Part shown: positions 60,701-64,000 of the stretch, one piece after another
How positions within the stretch are numbered: position 1 is the first letter of the stretch
Layout of the letters: every line of letters starts with the position of its first letter
DNA from: Acidobacteriota bacterium
GTDB lineage: Bacteria; Acidobacteriota; Blastocatellia; RBC074
Assembly (NCBI GenBank): GCA_018269055.1
Contig: JAFDVI010000013.1
Span: forward strand, 2,621-66,620
Length of the DNA stretch: 64,000 nucleotides
Direction: 5' to 3'
Notes under the pieces: generated by a model
What the model was told of the DNA's origin: nothing
Seen by the model: the letters and a program-made list of their open reading frames with translations, nothing else
Database searches by the model: none
Made by a program: the position numbers and the translations under genes

Positions 60701-61160
60701 TGAAGGTCACAAGGCGTTGATTTTTTCGCAGTTCGTGCAGATGTTGCGGCTGATTGAAACCCAGTTGAAGAAAGCCAAAATTCCGTACAGTTACCTGGAC
60801 GGTTCGACCGTGAATCGCCAGGCGCGTGTGGACGAATTTCAGTCGAACGAAGCCATTCCCGTTTTCCTCATCAGTTTGAAAGCGGGCGGCGTGGGGTTGA
60901 ATTTGACGGCGGCGGATTATGTCATTCACGTGGATCCGTGGTGGAATCCGGCTGTGGAAATGCAGGCCAGCGACCGCGCCCATCGCATCGGCCAAGACAA
61001 ACCCGTTTTCATTTACAAACTGATGATGCGCGATTCGGTGGAAGAAAAAATCTTGCAGTTGCAGGATCGCAAACGGAATCTGGTCAAACAGCTCATCGCC
61101 ACCGAAGCAGGCTTTTTCAAATCGCTGACGGCTGAAGACATTGCCGCACTTTTTTCTTGA
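57720..61160 (+). CDS. SWIM zinc finger + SNF2-family (DEAD/DEAH) helicase
   Basis: SCDCPY..CKHKIAA, LRPYQKAG, LADDMGTGKT, LDEAQAIKN, LTGTPVENN, LRQICNHP, SLKAGGVGLNLT, QASDRAHRIGQ. Confidence 0.95.
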   Translation: MKRTISEETRRKLLEAARARWAKADNKNGDHLESAIPAVVAALDIDSLKKRAGSSVTVRGIAYFVDKSRFKLKEDADDSVIVKVRSSENYTVFFDLEPDGEVFTSCDCPYSDYEDEIICKHKIAAAMYLKDLYSRGRASKPVPQSSPSKIEPKIEREDSRWKENLAALLRRDLIPTKSELTEAILFFSFIRRNHRYVVQPGVVVTYEIPSELWKDRMALREYLLANREPLSLQTFSLSSYNLDSYQFVNAEQAHRMLVYQAESALQTSYYNYSYGYGANMETRVWTALSDTLTFLGNEQQLIKQPLDVLPGIARIELDLQRQEDGIHLSPMLVLENRAVSVKANGLEVFNQSPLWLRQGQQIFQVGIDQYKFNQFRQQKDVVIPAEAVDEFFQRNFAEVTSAYELRGETMLGETLTEAQPVPRLYLIEHENQDGKHELRAMSRFAYNGLNCIAAKNAPPVSYARDAENDKVVKIHRHTAFENNWWRRFGTDEFGMKCGNVRDGTTQDVFLLRKKVHPFDFLKNMVPKLTEAGVEIFGEAELTLAKINRARPTIQFNVTSGIDWFDVQAIINFGDLEVSLAEIRKSLRKKERFIKLADGSIGEIPEEWLEKYKHLFGLSEAKEDGFRVARHHVTLLDQLLSDNEQITTDKGFERARAWLKNFQGIETKSLPENFLGELRPYQKAGFDWLHFLREARFGGCLADDMGTGKTIQTLCFLQSVREEYETRNQRKRKKEPRAAHLLVVPRSLVTNWMREAEKFAPSLKILDFAHAERAADIREFDEYDIVLTTYGILLREIERLLEYEFDTVILDEAQAIKNPVSESAKASRLLKCKHRLTLTGTPVENNTLELWSQFAFLNPGLLGSADYFREDFAGPIERQQDETATATLRRLVYPFILRRTKDQVALDLPPRSEKILWNEMEPAQRKIYTETRDEYRAKILKLIEDKGVKDARFRILEGLLRLRQICNHPRLVQPGYRGNSAKLDTLLETVETLRAEGHKALIFSQFVQMLRLIETQLKKAKIPYSYLDGSTVNRQARVDEFQSNEAIPVFLISLKAGGVGLNLTAADYVIHVDPWWNPAVEMQASDRAHRIGQDKPVFIYKLMMRDSVEEKILQLQDRKRNLVKQLIATEAGFFKSLTAEDIAALFS

Positions 61161-61164
61161 CGGA

Positions 61165-62040
61165 TTATTTTCGCTCTCGCGCAATCTGTTCGTTGTAACT
61201 TTTCTCGAAACCCGCGATGTAATTCCGATACCCTTCCGGGTCAATGAAGGGATTGGTTTTGACATCAGCCATCCGTTTGACCTTGGCTTCCATATCAAAA
61301 AACGGCGCGTGCGGTCCCAGAAAAACATCGCAATGCAGTGATTTCAGCGTTTGAAACGATTTGGCGTATGCTTCGGCAATGCCGGGCCAAGTCGGATTGT
61401 TGACCATTTTGACGCCGGGGTTGATGGACATGCTGCCCGCAAACACCACGTCGTATTTTTGGCCGTTTTCTTCCACGGTCGTCGTCCAGGTCGTGTTGCC
61501 TTCGGTGTGGCCCGGCGTTAGATGCGCTGTCAATGCTACGCTGCCCAACCGTACAACTTCTCCATCCTTGATGATCCTGTCCACTTTGACCGGTTTGTAA
61601 TGATTCAGCGGGTGAAAACCCTTGGCTCCGCCGCTTTCCAACGTAATGGCGTCCGCCGCCGAAGCGTACACCTGCGCGCCTGTCGCCGCTTTCATATCTG
61701 CGTGCCCGGCGACGTGGTCGAAATGTGCGTGGCTGGAAAGAATGATGCGGATGTATTTCAGTTTGTAGCCCAGGGATTCGATGTTGGCGCGGATGATTGG
61801 GGAAGATTCCTGCATCGCCGTATCAATCAGAATATACCCGCCGGGCGACGTGATCAGGTAACACGCCAGGTTGTTTGTCCCAACGTAGTAGATGTTGCCG
61901 ATGATGCGAAACGGTTTGAACGGTTTGTTCCAATCGTCAAACTGTGAGGTTTGACTCTGCGGCGTTTTGGCTTCCGAAAGCAGCGGGAAGAAACAAACGC
62001 CAAGCACAAGAGCACAGAACAGAAACTGTTTCCATTTCAT
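61165..62040 (-). CDS. Subclass B3 metallo-beta-lactamase
   Basis: Signal peptide; PFRIIGNIYYVGT, SHAHFDH, TPGHTEG.TTW, LGPH; AAGGAG RBS before ATG 62040. Confidence 0.9.
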   Translation of the reverse strand: MKWKQFLFCALVLGVCFFPLLSEAKTPQSQTSQFDDWNKPFKPFRIIGNIYYVGTNNLACYLITSPGGYILIDTAMQESSPIIRANIESLGYKLKYIRIILSSHAHFDHVAGHADMKAATGAQVYASAADAITLESGGAKGFHPLNHYKPVKVDRIIKDGEVVRLGSVALTAHLTPGHTEGNTTWTTTVEENGQKYDVVFAGSMSINPGVKMVNNPTWPGIAEAYAKSFQTLKSLHCDVFLGPHAPFFDMEAKVKRMADVKTNPFIDPEGYRNYIAGFEKSYNEQIARERK

Positions 62041-62166
62041 AAATGGCTCCTTTTGCCGGTACGGCAGCCCCGACTGCACTGTCGCACGTTGGAAGATATT
62101 TCGTGTGTTTTGTTGAACGACTGTTGTGCTAACGATACTCCGCTCCGCTGGCAATCTCAAAAGTTT

Positions 62167-63018
62167 TTAGAGGCCAAGTTGCGAGAAAAAATCCGGCAAC
62201 GTCGTCTGCCAGGGACGCATTGGCGCAAGGCCGAGTTCCTCCGACAGCAAACACCGCATCGGCGTATTGTGCGGACGATGCGCCAATCGGTTGGCCGTTG
62301 TCTCCGAAACCCCTTCGACCAACGCCTCGCCATCAAACTGCAACCGGCGGGCAAGTTCAACCGCAAATTCGTAATGCGAACACACGCCGTCGTTCACGAC
62401 CTGATAAATTCCCGGCTGGCGATGAGCCAGGATTTCCTTGATTCTTGCGACCAGATCGGCAACGTAGGTCACGCTGGCCCACAGATCATTGACGGCTCGC
62501 ACAGGCTTTTTTGCGGCAAGCGACTGCGCAGCCTGGCTGAAAAAATTTTCCTTGCCCGTGCCATAAACCCACGAAGTCCGCACGATGTAACTGTTGAGCG
62601 CGGCGGCAATCACAGCCTGTTCGCCCGCCAGTTTTGTTTTGCCATAGATATTGATTGGCAGGGCTTCGTCGTCAATGGTGTACACCGCGCCCAATTGGCG
62701 GTCGCCGCGAAACACGTAATTGGTGCTCAGGTGCATGATCTCGGCGCCAAGTTCCGCAACGACTTCGGCCAGGAACTTCGGCCCGGCGACATTGATGGCT
62801 TCGGCCAGCGCGGGGTCGGCTTCGCAAATGTCCACGCCCAGAACGGCGCAATTGATGACCAGATCAGGTTGTGTTTCCCGGATTACGCGATTGACGGCTT
62901 CGCGGTTGGTGATGTCCAACATCGAATGCGTCAGCGAGATCAATTGATGGTCGGCGGCGAATTGGCGAGCGAGTTCTTTTCCGACGAACCCGCCCGCGCC
63001 CGTGATGGCGATTTTCAT
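62167..63018 (-). CDS. rfbD: dTDP-4-dehydrorhamnose reductase-like SDR
   Basis: ITGAGGFVG, VINCA, STNYVF.G, PINIYGKTKLAGE, VRTSWVYG, G.Y. Confidence 0.85.
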   Translation of the reverse strand: MKIAITGAGGFVGKELARQFAADHQLISLTHSMLDITNREAVNRVIRETQPDLVINCAVLGVDICEADPALAEAINVAGPKFLAEVVAELGAEIMHLSTNYVFRGDRQLGAVYTIDDEALPINIYGKTKLAGEQAVIAAALNSYIVRTSWVYGTGKENFFSQAAQSLAAKKPVRAVNDLWASVTYVADLVARIKEILAHRQPGIYQVVNDGVCSHYEFAVELARRLQFDGEALVEGVSETTANRLAHRPHNTPMRCLLSEELGLAPMRPWQTTLPDFFSQLGL

Positions 63019-63614
63019 GCTTGTGGGTGAAGAGTTTCGTTTCGTTCCAGCATTTCGATGAATTGATGAATACGCCGCGCGCGCGTTTCGGCCTTTTTAG
63101 CGGTTTGGACGCGCCACAGGATTGCGTAGCGGTTCGCGCTGTTTAGTTTGGCGAAAAATTCCTTTGCCTTCGGGTTTCGATCCAACTCCGCCTGAAAGTC
63201 TTCCGGGATGGAAGCTTTGCTTTGCGAATCGTATGCGGCATCCCAGCGGCCATCCCGTTTGGCGCTTTCGATCGCTCGCAATCCAGCGGGGCTCATCTTT
63301 CCGGTTTCGATCAAACTTTCGGCCTTTTCGCGATTGATCTTCGACCAAATGCTTTTGGCGCCGCGCGGCGTGAATTTTTGCAGCCAGGATTCTTCGTCGT
63401 AGCTCTTCTTTTGTCCGTCAATCCACCCATAACACAACGCCACGTCCAGCGCTTCGGCGTAACTGACAGAGGTCAATTCGGACGCTTTTTTCGCCAGTCG
63501 CAGCCAAAGCCCTGACGAACTGGCGTGATGTTTGTCGAGCCACTTCGCCCAATCCTTTTGACTGGCGAACAGCGTCACAGGTTGATCTTTGGATTTTTCA
63601 GCGGAAATTTTCAT
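63015..63614 (-). CDS. YdeI/OmpD-associated family protein
   Basis: F.SQKDW..WL, EALDVALCYGWIDG, FTPR..KS.WS..N, PEDFQAEL, RYAILWRV..AKKAETR. Confidence 0.92.
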   Translation of the reverse strand: MKISAEKSKDQPVTLFASQKDWAKWLDKHHASSSGLWLRLAKKASELTSVSYAEALDVALCYGWIDGQKKSYDEESWLQKFTPRGAKSIWSKINREKAESLIETGKMSPAGLRAIESAKRDGRWDAAYDSQSKASIPEDFQAELDRNPKAKEFFAKLNSANRYAILWRVQTAKKAETRARRIHQFIEMLERNETLHPQA

Positions 63615-63764
63615 CTCTGATTGTAACAACGAACGAAGCAGGGGGCTTCTATCGTGAAGCAGGCATTGAACCACAAAGGAAAAGGAAAGAAAAAAGTGCA
63701 GTGGTTTCGCAAGGGAAGGCGTCAAATATTCAACAGGGCTGGCTGGGTAGTGGATCGGCAAATG

Positions 63765-63806
63765 AAAAGGTGTGGAGGGGGCGCGCCGGCTCCCTCCACA
63801 CCTTTT
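63765..63806. terminator. Terminator hairpin after the TonB-dependent receptor gene
   Basis: AAAAGGTGTGGAGGG...CCCTCCACACCTTTT. Confidence 0.7.
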
Positions 63807-63818
63807 GAAAGTTCGGGT

Positions 63819-64000
63819 TTAGAAGTTGATGCCCAAAATGAAGTGGATGATGCGCGGCGAACCTCTTTGCCCGCTGATGCGGCCAAAGCTGGCGCTGTCG
63901 AACGTCGGGCTGCCAAATGTGAAGTTGGCGTGGTTGAAAGCGTTGTAGAACGTCGCCTTGAATTCGACTTCTGCGCTTTCATACATCTTCGTACGTTTGC
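63819..64000 (-). CDS. C-terminal end of an Oar-like TonB-dependent receptor (partial)
   Basis: Manual translation KRTKMYESAEVEFKATFYNAFNHANFTFGSPTFDSASFGRISGQRGSARIIHFILGINF*, ending in an aromatic beta-signal. Confidence 0.8.
   Translation of the reverse strand, partial: KRTKMYESAEVEFKATFYNAFNHANFTFGSPTFDSASFGRISGQRGSPRIIHFILGINF

Overview
Mostly housekeeping chromosomal DNA from a moderately GC-rich bacterium. The gene repertoire points to Acidobacteriota, probably Blastocatellia (inference): wHTH-PD40 propeller, ECF sigma with CHAT-fused anti-sigma, Oar-type TonB receptor tail and very large modular secreted proteins. Core genes include lysS, guaB, rodZ, ppk1, folE, phoD, an RluB-like pseudouridine synthase, ispH-rpsA-sppA-IHF, rpmB, glpD, a SNF2 helicase and a modABC molybdate cluster. 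The best candidate for an undescribed system is 40.9-54.8 kb. It holds an ECF sigma factor, a membrane-anchored anti-sigma/TPR/caspase-like (CHAT) protein with an intact His-Cys dyad, an AT-rich 333-aa unknown partner and an AT-rich C39-like cysteine peptidase, followed by two secreted modular proteins. Other items not shown by the ORF track or easy to miss: three sequence-distinct GTAG-footed REP doublets (REPIN-like), a frameshifted pepP 3' remnant, a 50-aa TRASH/YHS-like Cys protein, a free-standing phage-type GIY-YIG endonuclease that supplies the start of the next gene, a proteobacterial-type L28, a subclass B3 metallo-beta-lactamase, and partial CDSs at both window edges. No tRNA, rRNA, CRISPR array or transposase was recognised. 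All family assignments come from motif recognition by eye; no searches were run.
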